Both the position numbers and the translations under genes were made by a program. Below are positions 11,457 to 22,962 of a stretch of DNA of 64,000 nucleotides, one piece after another; the first letter of the stretch is position 1; each line of letters begins with the position of its first letter. The notes beneath the pieces are model-generated. The model did no database searches. It saw only the letters and a program-made list of their open reading frames with translations, and was not told where the DNA came from. This DNA is from a virus: the IMG/VR virus record IMGVR_UViG_3300032167_002503; one strand, 5' to 3'.

Positions 11457-13832
11457 TTACACTCGACTAATGGACAAAATCTTGGAGTTATTCTTCAGCA
11501 TGATATTACCGACTGAAGTGCGACCAAGAATTGGTAGTTCCGTATTGGTCACAACAATAGCGGTTTTATCTCCACTAATGAGGAGATTGTCATCATCGCC
11601 GAGGATTACAGCTCCACCAATAGCTTCTTTGTAGCAAGACAGACCCTTGCCACCACGATTTTGGACGGGGAACTCCTTCAAGTCAGTCTGCTTACCATAA
11701 CCAGTTTCAGAAACAATAGCAAGATGACCTGCGGGATTGGAGATAGGTAGTGCTGCGATAACATGGTCATTCTCAGCAACATTCATACCCTTTACACCCT
11801 GTGCAATTCGAGAAGAGATCGGCATGCCGGCGGCCGCAAATCTAATGCACATTCCGTTTTTGGTAACGAGCATCATTTCCTCTTGATTGATAAAAGTTAC
11901 GTCAGCCAGTTCGTCGCCATCTTTGAAGTTAATGGCAATTACACCGGTACGCTTCATCTTATCATATTCTTCCAGAGGAACCTTCTTAATAATACCCTTC
12001 TTTGTGGCAAAGAAGATAAACTTCTTGTCAGTGTCTCTTGCAAGAGTGGTATAGGCAATCGGCTTCTCGCCATTGTCAAACTCAATCAAACCGGCGAGAG
12101 CAGCTCCAGAGGATACATTGGTTCCCTCGGGAATATTATCGACCAACAAACGATACATCTTACCTTTTGTTGTAAAGACCATGAGAACATCCTGCGTGTT
12201 GGTTTTCTGAGAGAAGATAACGGTATCACCATTGGTTTTTACACCTGCGGTATTACGCTTTTGAGGCTTGAAATTCTTTGCATCAACTCTCTTGATAGAG
12301 TTCTTACTGGTAATAACAACCACGCAATCTTTTACTTCAACCACGGGGGCTTCTTTTTCAGCCTTGGGGATCTCTTGGTCAGTTAGCTTCGTGCGGCGAG
12401 CATCTCCATAGCGGTCACGAAGCTCGGTGATTCTCTTGATAAGTTCGCTATTTCGAACCTCTTTGTTGGAGAGAAGCTCGATACACTTTGCAATAAACTC
12501 TTTCTTTTCTTTGAGTTCTTGGACTAGTTCATCCTTGTCAATCTGCGTCAACTTACCAAGCTTCATGTCCAAAATAGCATTAGCTTGAATTTCATCAACA
12601 GACAAGAAGTTCATCAACTTGATTCTAGCTTCATTCTTCGTAGAAGACTGCTTGATAAGAGTGATAACTTCGTCAATCTTGTCAACTGCCGCAATCAATC
12701 CTTCAAGAATGTGTGCTCTTGCTTCGGCTTTTGCTTTGTCGAACTCTGTTGCTTTAATCAAAACATCTTCTTGATGGTTGACATAGAATTTGAGCAAGTC
12801 AAGCATAGAGCAAAGCTTAGGAGTACCATTGACAATATAGTTCATATTGTAAGAGATGGAACTCTGAAGATCGGTGGACAAGAACAGTTGCTTAAGAGCC
12901 TTGCTTACAGACACTCCATCTTTGACATAGAAGATAAGTCTGTTATTACCAATCTCAGACTCGTCATCAAAGTCGTCAATTAGTTCGCTTAATGCGTCAA
13001 CATTCTTTTCTACCTGCTCCTTAATCTTGTTACGATAGGTGCGGTAGGGAATGGTTGTAAAGATAATTTTCTGACCATCAATCTCATAGTCACCTTGGAT
13101 TTTGAGCGAAACCTTAGATTTTCCGTCCGCAAAGGCCGCCCGCACGTCTTTAGCATTAAGAACTGTGCCACCAAGCGGGAAATCGGGGCCAGGAATATAG
13201 GTCAGCAATTCATCAAGAGTGAGGTTACCCTTCTGAATAAGGGCAATAGCCGCATTACATACCTCGGTGAGATTGTGCGGTGCGCTATTATGAGCCATGG
13301 AAATACCGATAGCCTGTCGACCATTACAGATAGCGTTGGGGAACAAAGATGGAAGAACAACAGGTTCCATGTACTCACCATTGTAAGTCTCTTTTGTTGG
13401 AACAACTTCCTTCTTGTAATCGTTCATCATTAGGTCAGCAAAGATGGCGGGTTTTGCCTCTGTATAACGAGAAGAAGAGAACATCTCGTTACTTTCTTGT
13501 GTACCCAACTGGCCTTGGCCTGTAATCAATGGATATCGCATCAAGAACGGCTGTGCCATCTTACGGAGAACGCCATAGCAAGCAATGTCGCCATGGAAGT
13601 AAGAAGTGGCCAGAGTGGAACCGACAATAGCATTACACTTCTTGGTCTTACTCTTGTTGTCCATTTTCAAGTGCTCTTCCATAGTCCACAGAATCTTGCG
13701 CTGTGCGCTTAACAGACCATCTTCTGCGGTTGGAATGGCACGATCAGTCAATACCTCTTCTGCATAAGTAAGGAAGGTTTCTTTAGCCTCATCGAGAATA
13801 TCAACTTCAGTAATAAAACTTTCAGTCTTCAT
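11457..13832 (-). CDS. type IIA topoisomerase subunit A (GyrA/ParC-like)
   Basis: 791 aa. A GyrA-like N-terminal breakage-reunion domain and beta-pinwheel repeats. Confidence 0.7.
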   Translation of the reverse strand: MKTESFITEVDILDEAKETFLTYAEEVLTDRAIPTAEDGLLSAQRKILWTMEEHLKMDNKSKTKKCNAIVGSTLATSYFHGDIACYGVLRKMAQPFLMRYPLITGQGQLGTQESNEMFSSSRYTEAKPAIFADLMMNDYKKEVVPTKETYNGEYMEPVVLPSLFPNAICNGRQAIGISMAHNSAPHNLTEVCNAAIALIQKGNLTLDELLTYIPGPDFPLGGTVLNAKDVRAAFADGKSKVSLKIQGDYEIDGQKIIFTTIPYRTYRNKIKEQVEKNVDALSELIDDFDDESEIGNNRLIFYVKDGVSVSKALKQLFLSTDLQSSISYNMNYIVNGTPKLCSMLDLLKFYVNHQEDVLIKATEFDKAKAEARAHILEGLIAAVDKIDEVITLIKQSSTKNEARIKLMNFLSVDEIQANAILDMKLGKLTQIDKDELVQELKEKKEFIAKCIELLSNKEVRNSELIKRITELRDRYGDARRTKLTDQEIPKAEKEAPVVEVKDCVVVITSKNSIKRVDAKNFKPQKRNTAGVKTNGDTVIFSQKTNTQDVLMVFTTKGKMYRLLVDNIPEGTNVSSGAALAGLIEFDNGEKPIAYTTLARDTDKKFIFFATKKGIIKKVPLEEYDKMKRTGVIAINFKDGDELADVTFINQEEMMLVTKNGMCIRFAAAGMPISSRIAQGVKGMNVAENDHVIAALPISNPAGHLAIVSETGYGKQTDLKEFPVQNRGGKGLSCYKEAIGGAVILGDDDNLLISGDKTAIVVTNTELPILGRTSVGNIMLKNNSKILSISRV

Positions 13833-13844
13833 TGGTTACCCTCC

Positions 13845-15767
13845 TTAGTTAAAATTGAAACCGAGAGTTTCGGCATTATCATAGATATATTGCTTGCGGG
13901 GCTCAACGGCGCTACCCATCAAGACATCAAGCAGTTTAGCGGTTTGCTCTGCATCAGAAATAGTGATACGCTTAAAGCGTTCATTCTTAAAGCAAACTTT
14001 CTGCAAGTCTTCGGGGTTCAATTCGCCCAGACCCTTTGCGCGCAGTAAATCATAGGAACCCGTATGGGTCTTTTTCCACTCTTCGAGTTCATTGTCGCTA
14101 TAGCAGTAGTATTCATTACCCTTTTGGCGAATAATGTAAAGAGGGGTGACTGCGCGATATAGCTTACCAGCTTCTACCAGAGGTCGCATATAGGTATAGA
14201 AGAATGTAATGAGCATCAACTCAATATCGGCGCCGTCACTATCTGCGTCGGTGGTGATAACCACTTTATCAACAGACATTTTAGATACATCAAAGGATTT
14301 ATCAAAACCTGCGCCGATAACATTCACGATATCGGACATTTCTTGGTTAGCCAAGATTTTATCTACCGCTGTCTTGAGAGGGGAGATAATCTTACCTCTC
14401 AGCATATAGATACAATCAGTCTTGGGATTTCTGGCTTCAACGGCAGATGCACCTGCGGAAAGACCCTCAACGAGCAATAGGTTACGCTGTTTGGGATTCT
14501 TGTTGGTGCAATCAATGAACTTACTACTAAGCTTCATCTTAGCCTTTAAGCCAGTTTCCTTCTTAGGTTTAATGCCACGTGCGGCCTCCCTGGCCTTACG
14601 CGCAGCTTCTCTTGCCTTACGCGCGTTAAGCGCCTTGTCCGCGATTTGCTTAACATCCTTCTCATTTGCCGCCATCCAATACTGAAGTTCTTCAGCTATT
14701 GCTTGAGTGAATGGCTTCATGTCAATCTTGACAATGCGCGACTTGGTTTGTGCGTCATAGCTTACGCCGGGCGCAGTAATGTTGAAAACAACATAGAGTC
14801 CTTCCTGGCAATCCTCGCCGGAAAGGTTTTCATCCTTTTCCTTGAGCCACCCTTTTTCACGGAAGAACTTGTTCATTTCTCTTGTTATGATGGTCTTAAT
14901 CTGCGTAATATGAGGTCCACTTTCTGTTAATCCAGTATTAACATATGGGACGAAGGTCGCAGAATAAGCATTTGTATAAGTTAGAGCTAAGTCTATTTTG
15001 TTCTTGCCATCGGCAAAGTTAATTGAGAGACGGTTTTTTAATAGTTCTTTGCCCTTTACAGTCTCAGTCACTAGATCCATTAGACCATTCTTGGAAGCGA
15101 ATACCACCTGGGCCTTATCTTCTTGATTAAGCTCAATAGTCAGACCGGGACAGAGGCAGACAATGACCTTAAACAGATTAGTGAGAGCGTTTACATCTTG
15201 CTGGGTAGTTGTAAAAAATTCCTCGCTAGGCTTCCATTGAACAAGGGTACCAGAAGGCTTATTCTTGTTATCCCAAGCGCCCACGTCACGCTTTTCAAAT
15301 TCGCCCTCTTTGAACCAAATATGCTCATATTTGCCGTCTCGATAGGTAATGACCTCAAGCCAATGAGAAAGATATGTAGTAATCTTACTACCAATACCAT
15401 TCAAACCGAGAGCCACACCTTCATATACACCATCATCAGTATATTTACCAGAGGTATTGAGTACGCTAAAAGCTGCTTCCAGAATGGTCTTGCCATCCTC
15501 TTCTCTCACAGCATTAGGGATAAATCCCTGGCCATTATCCTCTACAATAACAGTGCCATCTTTCTTGATGGTGACAATTATCTTGTTACCATGTCCAGCT
15601 CTAAACTCGTCAACTGCGTTAGATACAATCTCGATTGTAAGCTGATTAGGGGTCTCTGTGCTGCCACAATAGACGCCTGGCCGCAAACGAGTGAACTGTA
15701 ATGGCGAAAGTGATTGAATACTTTTTTCATCATATAGATTATTTGCCATCCTGTTTCCTCTTTTCAC
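13845..15767 (-). CDS. type IIA topoisomerase subunit B (GyrB/ParE-like ATPase-TOPRIM)
   Basis: 640 aa with GHKL ATPase motifs and a TOPRIM EGLSAGAS..DSDG segment. Confidence 0.7.
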   Translation of the reverse strand: MKRGNRMANNLYDEKSIQSLSPLQFTRLRPGVYCGSTETPNQLTIEIVSNAVDEFRAGHGNKIIVTIKKDGTVIVEDNGQGFIPNAVREEDGKTILEAAFSVLNTSGKYTDDGVYEGVALGLNGIGSKITTYLSHWLEVITYRDGKYEHIWFKEGEFEKRDVGAWDNKNKPSGTLVQWKPSEEFFTTTQQDVNALTNLFKVIVCLCPGLTIELNQEDKAQVVFASKNGLMDLVTETVKGKELLKNRLSINFADGKNKIDLALTYTNAYSATFVPYVNTGLTESGPHITQIKTIITREMNKFFREKGWLKEKDENLSGEDCQEGLYVVFNITAPGVSYDAQTKSRIVKIDMKPFTQAIAEELQYWMAANEKDVKQIADKALNARKAREAARKAREAARGIKPKKETGLKAKMKLSSKFIDCTNKNPKQRNLLLVEGLSAGASAVEARNPKTDCIYMLRGKIISPLKTAVDKILANQEMSDIVNVIGAGFDKSFDVSKMSVDKVVITTDADSDGADIELMLITFFYTYMRPLVEAGKLYRAVTPLYIIRQKGNEYYCYSDNELEEWKKTHTGSYDLLRAKGLGELNPEDLQKVCFKNERFKRITISDAEQTAKLLDVLMGSAVEPRKQYIYDNAETLGFNFN

Positions 15768-16156
15768 TTATATAGCTGGTATTTCCTGCTTAACTCGTGT
15801 GCAATTTCATCAGAGAGAGGTCTGAACCAGATTCCAGTCAAGGTTCTTCCATCTTCATCTTCCGGTTCCAACTCGGTTAAACAGTTGTCTCGGATGTAGC
15901 CAAAATCCAAGCCCTCAATGAGTCCTAACTCTTGCGCTCTAGGCACTACTTTTAAAAGTTGGTTCTTATTTTTCGCTTCGCAGATCGTTTTAGTGATCGC
16001 TTGATTCATATAGGCTCGATCCTCTTCCGTTAAGGGTGTGCCATTTTGGAAGATATGTAACCAATATACTTCTGCGCAATGCCCAACTTGAGCAGCAAGT
16101 TTACCAGGGGACATTTGCAAGTCTTTGCGCATGATAAATAGTCTTCTATATCCCAT
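15764..16156 (-). CDS. peptidyl-tRNA hydrolase, PTH2 family
   Basis: MRKDLQMSPGKLAAQVGHCA matches the PTH2 N-terminal motif. Confidence 0.5.
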   Translation of the reverse strand: MGYRRLFIMRKDLQMSPGKLAAQVGHCAEVYWLHIFQNGTPLTEEDRAYMNQAITKTICEAKNKNQLLKVVPRAQELGLIEGLDFGYIRDNCLTELEPEDEDGRTLTGIWFRPLSDEIAHELSRKYQLYK

Positions 16157-16656
16157 TAGTAATCACCACTTAAAACCTGCTCTGGAGTCAATCGACCTGT
16201 TGCTAAAGCATCGGCAAGTTCATTGCCACGTTCTCCAGCATGGCCTTTTACATAACGCAAGTCGATTTTAATGCCCTCGTTAGAGGTCAGTCTATCATAG
16301 GCTTGCATCAAGTCTTTATTTTCCAGAGGCTTGTTTTTAGCTCTTACCCAACCATTAGCTTTCCAACCTTTAATCCAGTTAGTGAAGCTATTGATGCAAT
16401 ACATGGAGTCGCTATAAACAATAGGCGGAAAGAACATTCCTGGTCTTGCACCGTAGTGTTCTATCGCCCAAAGAATAGCGGATAGTTCCATGCGGTTGTT
16501 GGTGGTTCCTTCGGCACGCTCAGCATAGGCATCTACGACTTCATACTCACTAGGGTCTTGGCCGGGTTTACCCTAACACACAACTACTCCGAAACCGCCA
16601 ACGGCGTCTTTTGCCCCATTCTTTAAGGCACTACCATCGGTGTAAATAACAAGCAT
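16156..16656 (-). CDS. rnhA: ribonuclease H with an in-frame TAG at about 16573-16575
   Basis: The C-terminal part, VKGHAGERGNELAD, is RNase H-like. Upstream of the TAG the same frame encodes MLVIYTDGSALKNG, the RNase H N-terminal DGS motif. Confidence 0.65.
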
Positions 16657-16793
16657 AATAATCACCTCACATATTGTCTTTTGTTATTTCCATCGTTTTT
16701 CTTTCTGTATGTATATAATATCATATTTTTTCAAGAAAATCAAGCTACAAACAAAATAAAGGTCAGTAGGTATTACGCCTACTGACCTTTTGG

Positions 16794-17084
16794 TTAAATA
16801 GTAATAGTTTCTCCCTTATTGTTCTTATCTTTCATAGCTAGCTCATAGGTGATTCCACCTTGAGAATGGTCGGATTTTGCCATGTTAAGATAGAATGAAC
16901 ATACTACGCCATGAGCACTCCAAGGAAGCCCAACAAGAGCTGAAATCCAGGGAAGAGTACCCAGATAACCCAAGTGGATACAATAAAAGGCTAGCGCAAT
17001 GCCGGCCAAAGTTACAATCCACAAGAGTGCGCGAATGTCCATAATAAGCTTTTTGGAGAATTCAAGTTTGGTTTTGGTCCACAT
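16794..17084 (-). CDS. small membrane protein (holin candidate)
   Basis: Two predicted TM helices, located near the endolysin. Confidence 0.35.
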   Translation of the reverse strand: MWTKTKLEFSKKLIMDIRALLWIVTLAGIALAFYCIHLGYLGTLPWISALVGLPWSAHGVVCSFYLNMAKSDHSQGGITYELAMKDKNNKGETITI

Positions 17085-17204
17085 TAAACGACACCTCCAA
17101 ATAAAAAATTTTTTGGACAGAAGTATTTAAGTATAAAGTCTCCTTTTTCAATAAATAATGAAACGGGCAAGTATATGCCTAATAAATAAAAAGGAGATTA
17201 TACC

Positions 17205-18083
17205 ATGAAAGATTTTACAAACGAGAAATTCGGAAAGTGGACAGCCCTCTACCCTGTTGAAAAGAAGGGGGCATCATATTGGTATTGCAGATGTGATTGT
17301 GGTACTGAAAGAGAAGTGTCTGAAGCCAATCTAAAGAGAGGTCGCTCAACTAGCTGCGGCAAATGTAATAAGTCCTCTGACTTAACCGGAAAACGCTTCC
17401 ACAAGCTGGTAGTGCTTGAAAGAGACTTCTCGGTACAGGCTAAAGATGCACACTGGAAGTGCCAGTGCGATTGTGGAAACATTAAAACAGTATCGGGAAA
17501 GCATCTAAAAGATGGTACTACCAAATCGTGCGGATGTTTAAGAAAGGAAAGGGGCGCTATAATGTGCGCTTCGCGAGCCAAAAACTTAACTGGAAGTGTT
17601 TTTGGATAGCTTACGGTGTTACATGAGATCGAAAAACCGTCAGACCACCATTCCTACTGGATGTGCAAATGTAGCTGTGGGAATAATAAGATAATCAGAG
17701 GTGATTATCTTACCGGTGGTCACGCCATATCGTGTGGATGCACTTCTGGCTCCTTGGGTGAGCAGAAAATCGAGTAGCTTCTAAAAGAACACAATATACC
17801 ATACACAAGAGAATAGAAATTCTCGGATTGTGTAAACCCAAAAACTGGCTATGAATTACGCTTTGATTTCTATGTTAATAACTCCTACTTAATCGAGTAT
17901 GATGGCATACAGCATTTTGAAGATAGTGACTTTTTCCCTACTCCTTTGAGTGAAATTTAGGAGCTAGATGGGATAAAGAACACCTGGTGCCAAGAACATA
18001 AAATACCGCTATTGCGTATTCCATATACCAAGCTTTCAACCTTAACAATAGAGGATCTAAAAATAAAAGAGGCTCAATTATGA
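17205..18083 (+). CDS. Zn-finger-repeat protein with a C-terminal Vsr/DUF559-like endonuclease domain, carrying 4 in-frame TAG codons. It is the only convincing plus-strand gene in the window.
   Basis: Repeated CxCDCG...SCGC units. The C-terminus is paralogous to ORF 62798..63193 (IPYTRE..FDFYVNN.YLIE.DG.QHF..IPLLRIPYTKL). One TAG aligns with Q in the paralog. Confidence 0.55.
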
Positions 18084-19397
18084 GCCTCTTTTATTCTCGT
18101 CATATCTCTTTAAGACTACTGCAAATTCGCCTCTAGTTAAGAAACGCTTGGGCATCAATTGACCTTGCTCATTGCCTACCATTAAACCATTTTGCTGTGC
18201 CCAAACAAGTGCATCCTGCTCAAAGGTAGCGGGTTTAGATTGAAGGCTAGCAAGATAGTTGTTCATCATTTCATTGAATTTTTCTTGAGTCATATCTTCA
18301 TCCTCCTCAGATTGTGCGGGAGCCCCGTTTAACCGATCGTTAACCGCGGCCGCAATTTGTCCATGTCTGCTATATAGATATTCGCCAGGGCAGGCCTTAG
18401 CGGCGAACCATCTATGTACGGTCATAAGTAATTCATTGCTTGCTGGTCTATATGCCAAAGCTCTTGTTTTATCGGGAATCCAAATCATCTTGGTCTTACC
18501 ATTGCGTTGGCAAATGTCTACTAGCAAGTCGATTAGTGCGTTATAAGCCGCATCTGTGACTGCGTATGGGTCTACTGTTTCACTGGCTACTTCAATAGTG
18601 ATAGCTCGTTTATCATTATCACTAGAGGAAGTACACCAACTGCGGTCCTTTTCATCCACAGAGAGTCCAATAGAGCCATCGTATCCAACAACATAGTTAG
18701 AAGAACAATCTCTATCTGTTGTTGCGAAATAGTCTACGCCTCTTTTAGCGGTTACCTGTCCTACAAAACAGTGGATGGAGACACGCTCTAGTGTTTTGCT
18801 GGACAAGGTAGTTTTATTTTTTGTGATTCGAGTATATGTTGCTAATGGGCTATTTGTCATAACACTACTTACCTCCTGTTTTGTGAATTTGTCATAATAT
18901 CCTTGAGAAAATCCGGCACGTTTGTTGATAGTATTTTGCTTGGCGGCTCCTTCTTTTAACACGGAAGCGGGTCTTTCAAAGTCAAGTAATACTGCATTAG
19001 ATGCCTCTAAAACCGAAGTTGTGCTCATCAACACTTTTCTTACACGGGGAAAACTTGTAGTTAGTTCTTTATCGAGAAAATCTAATTGGGCTTGCAAAGA
19101 CCCTATTGACTAACCTTTAGATTGGCAGAAAGCCAATAAGTCTCTTTTTCTTGACCAGAAAGTCCATTGAGCGATACCATATCCTGCGCCATCTCTAACG
19201 AAGTTGGTATAAGTGCCATTGTCTACTGCTGCTGTATATTCAGCGTCAGTCATGCCTAGTTTTTTCTCAGAGGAGTTTTGAAGGTTGGTTGGTTTCAGTC
19301 CAGACTCGGCATATAGGTTGCCCATTAGGCCTGCGATACCGGCCGGCTGCATACCCTTATCTGCGAAATATTTCCAGATAATTTGTTCATTACTCAT
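18078..19397 (-). CDS. endolysin: N-terminal lysozyme-like domain (GIAGLMGNLYAESGL..GYGIAQWT) fused through an in-frame TAG at 19110-19112 to a C-terminal cell-wall hydrolase or binding region
   Basis: Track ORFs 19110..19397 and 18078..19097 are in the same frame, separated by TAG plus 4 codons. Confidence 0.55.
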
Positions 19398-19455
19398 TCT
19401 TAGACACCTCCTTTAGGGGTATAAAAGGCCGCGGCTCCGAAGAACCGCGGCGTAA

Positions 19456-20694
19456 TTAGATAGCTTCAGCGATTTTAGCAATCTGGCTTCTATAAATATT
19501 GTTAAGTTGGATTTCTCCATAGATTGGCTTGCCTCTAAAAATCTTAGAGACTCGTTTCATGCCGTTATTGGCGCCTTGGTAAGCAGGAAGGTCTACCTGG
19601 CTGCGCTCGTCGCCATCAATGATACATACACAATCTTCACCAACACGTTGTAGAGCAAGCTTGATTAGAGTTCTATCTAGGTTTTGAGCTTCAGAGATAT
19701 AAATACCAGCGTTCATACCATTTGTGTCATAGCCACGAATATCCGCGAATGGCAGTAGGATAAGTTTCTCGTTGGCCATGAATTGCTCAACACCGGTTCT
19801 TCCTCCGAGTTTGCTGGCTAACAAGTTACCAATCTGCGAGTCAAGAAGTTTTTCATTCTTTGTGCCAGGATAAAAACCTAGTTTGGCAGAGTTAGCAGTT
19901 GCCACTGTGTTACAGAATATTACAATCTTGTCAAGAGTGTGATGCTCTAAGCGTGAAATTAGATAACTCAATGATACTTGGGTTTTACCACTTCCCGCAG
20001 GTCCTTTGACAAGAGTAATCTTGTTAGAACGAAGACTGTCAAACAAGAGTTTCTGATATACATCGCCTTTATATGGCTCTACCTTACCAAACCAATTAGA
20101 ATTAAATGGCTTGGTGTTTAGGTATCTATATTCTTCTCCATTCCATACTCTTAAGTCAACTACTTCTCCCTCTGGATTGCGAAGAATGAGATATTGGCCA
20201 TTCAATAGGTCGAAGCGATTCTGCGTAGTATCTTGATAGAATTCCGCCATAGTCCTCTCGTCCGCGGTTACCTCTTTATAACCAGTATAATAGTCAGTTT
20301 CTTCATCCACGCTCTCGATACGACTATCATCAAGGAACAATTGGGCGATATGCTTAAGACTTAAATCGTTGGTAACGAAGATTGCATCTGTCTAAATAGC
20401 ATCGGAAAGTATCCTTGTATCATCTGTAATATCAAGAGACTTTTCTGTGATAAGGCTCTCATACTCTTGTTTATGAACCACTACTTGATAATGAGAGGGA
20501 TGTTCATTGAATAGATGTAGTAGTAATCTTGCGGAATACTTTACATCAGCATCCTTATTAGCCGCAGTCTTTATGCGTTCTAACTCTTTAAACGTGATAG
20601 ATGACACATAGAATATTGGGGCCTCTTCTTCAAATAGGCTCTCTCCCGCAGTTAGGAGAGAACAGGTGTCGTAAAATCGTAGGTCCTTGTTCAT
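19456..20694 (-). CDS. phoH: PhoH2 (N-terminal PIN domain + PhoH ATPase) with an in-frame TAG at 20389-20391
   Basis: PhoH Walker A GPAGSGKT. The upstream ORF 20392..20694 is PIN-like (MNKDLRFYDTCSLL) and sits in the same frame across the TAG. Confidence 0.6.
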
Positions 20695-21409
20695 TGTTCT
20701 CTTCCTTTGCCAATAAATTAGCGGTCAAATCTATACCGCTATTATACATGAAAAAAGTGCCTGTTAATTTAATTATCTTTGGCCTTTTCCGACCGCATTC
20801 TCTTAACGACACGAAGTGCCTTGGCGTGGTCTTTAAGATATTCATTAAGATTGGCTTGCTCGTCCAGTAGCTGCTCTTTTAGGGTTTGAACTCTAAGTAA
20901 TGCACGCTGTGTATTGAGTAGCATCGCGCCAGTGGGGTCCACTTCCGCAGGTGCCTTACTTCCATATGCTGTAACCTCTTGATACATCTGGTATTTAATA
21001 TCAGCAATGATAGTAGCTTCATGTAGGACTTCCTTCAGCGCTTGCTATCTTGCTCTTGATAAAGCAATAGTCTTACCGACCTTTTCAGAGAAGAAGTTCT
21101 CGTCTTCGGGATGCAAACGAGCCTCACCCCGATACCATTGTCCATTATAGAAAATATGCGCATGAATGGTAGATGAAATGTCATCTACAACAAACTGTTT
21201 TTCTGCTTTATAGATAGCTTTAATAGCACTCATACTAATGCTCCTTTTCTTTTGTTGTTATAATTATACCATTATTTTAGGGTTAAATCCAATTTCAGCG
21301 TTTTGCAAGAAAAATTTTGCTAGGGTGTATGAGCCAAAACTCGGGGCCGCACGAAGCTGGCGGAAATGAGAAAAACCCCTGACTCAAATGAGTCAGGGGT
21401 TCGTTTTTT

Positions 21410-22933
21410 TTATTCCTCAACAGGAGCGGGGATACCCTCACCATGGCCAGCGGCAATCTTACCGCCAAGGAAGCCAGTCAGCAGAGTCTTAAGGTCAATA
21501 CCGAGAGACTCGGTCAGACCCTCAGAAATCTGAGTGGTGGAGTTGATGATATTGCCAGCCAACTTACTGGAGTCGTTGCCCAGCATGACAATCTTGTCCA
21601 CACCCTGATAGCCAGAACCGATAGCCTGTGCGATGGCGGGCAGCTGCTCAAAATACTTGGTAAGTACCTGCATCTGCATATCGGTCATAGCGGCTTCGCC
21701 GTACTGCTTCATGGCCTCAGCCTTCTTCATCAGACCGTCAGCTTCTGCTTCCAGCTTTGCCTTGATGGCAGCAGCCTCAGCCTCACCCTTGGCCTTTTCT
21801 GCGGCAGCTTCTGCTTCGCCCTGAGCCTTAATAGCTTCAGCGAGTGCCATCTGCGCGGCCGCGCGCTTCTCAGCTTCCATCTGCTCAGCCTCAGCCTTCT
21901 TGGTACGGTCGAACAGCTCAGCCTCGGCCTGCTTCTGGACAGCATACAGACGAGCATCGGCAGCCTGCTGTTCAGCATACTTCTGAGCTTCTGCGGTCTT
22001 CTTGACCTCAGCTTCCAGGGCGCGCTCAGTGATTTCAACTTCGCGAGCCTTCAGCTCGATTTCCTTCTCCTGGCGTGCCAGGTTTGCGTTTGCGGTAGCA
22101 ATTTCCTGCTCGCGACGCTGGTTCTCAGCCTCGATTCGCTTAGCGGCATCAGCTTTAGCCTGCTCGGTGTCAGCCTGCTTCTGCAGCTCAGCCTTACGGA
22201 TAGCAAACTGGTTCTGCTTCTCGGCAATGTCGGTTGCAGCAGCCACCTTAGCGTCATTGGCCTGCTTGTCGGCCTCAGCCTGCGCAACTGCGACTTCGGC
22301 CTTTGCCTTAGCAGCAGCGATAGAAGCTTCCTTACGAATCTTCTCGATGTTATCGACACCCAGGTCCTGGATTACACCGTTCTTATCAGAGAAGTTCTGA
22401 ATGTTGAAGGTGGTCAGGTCGATACCCAGGTCGGCCAAGTTGGGAGAAACGTTCTCCATAACCAGTTCAGAGAAGGCCTTCTTGTCGCCGCGAATCAGAG
22501 ACTCAAAGTTGGTCTGAGAAATGATTTCACGGATGTTACCTTCCAGAACAGGGATAACAATGTCTCGAATCTGCTGTACGCTGTAACCAGCGAACTTAGA
22601 AGCCGCAATCGCCTGGCGCTCGGGGTCCTTAGAAATACTCATGTTGGCAACGGCATCCACCAGAACGTGGATAGCGTCCTTGGTAGGAATTTCGTTACGA
22701 GAAGTGAAGTCTACCTGGATGTTCTCCAGAGTCATCTTCTGAACTCGCTGAACCATAGGGATAACAAAGATACCACCGCCGGTCTTGTTCTTCACCTTGC
22801 CCATGCCGGATACAATCAGTACTTCGTTGGTGCCAGCGACCTTCCAGCAGCTCTTAATGAGAATGATAACAGCTACGATGGCCAGCAGAATTGCGCCAAC
22901 AGTGGAGATTACGGGAATCAGAAAATTAAGCAT
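21410..22933 (-). CDS. SPFH/band-7 (flotillin-like) protein with an N-terminal TM helix and a long Ala/Glu-rich coiled coil
   Basis: TM segment followed by an SPFH-like region, then an EA-repeat coiled coil. Confidence 0.55.
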   Translation of the reverse strand: MLNFLIPVISTVGAILLAIVAVIILIKSCWKVAGTNEVLIVSGMGKVKNKTGGGIFVIPMVQRVQKMTLENIQVDFTSRNEIPTKDAIHVLVDAVANMSISKDPERQAIAASKFAGYSVQQIRDIVIPVLEGNIREIISQTNFESLIRGDKKAFSELVMENVSPNLADLGIDLTTFNIQNFSDKNGVIQDLGVDNIEKIRKEASIAAAKAKAEVAVAQAEADKQANDAKVAAATDIAEKQNQFAIRKAELQKQADTEQAKADAAKRIEAENQRREQEIATANANLARQEKEIELKAREVEITERALEAEVKKTAEAQKYAEQQAADARLYAVQKQAEAELFDRTKKAEAEQMEAEKRAAAQMALAEAIKAQGEAEAAAEKAKGEAEAAAIKAKLEAEADGLMKKAEAMKQYGEAAMTDMQMQVLTKYFEQLPAIAQAIGSGYQGVDKIVMLGNDSSKLAGNIINSTTQISEGLTESLGIDLKTLLTGFLGGKIAAGHGEGIPAPVEE

Positions 22934-22962
22934 AAGTTTCTCCTTGTCTTGTTATTTAGTTT

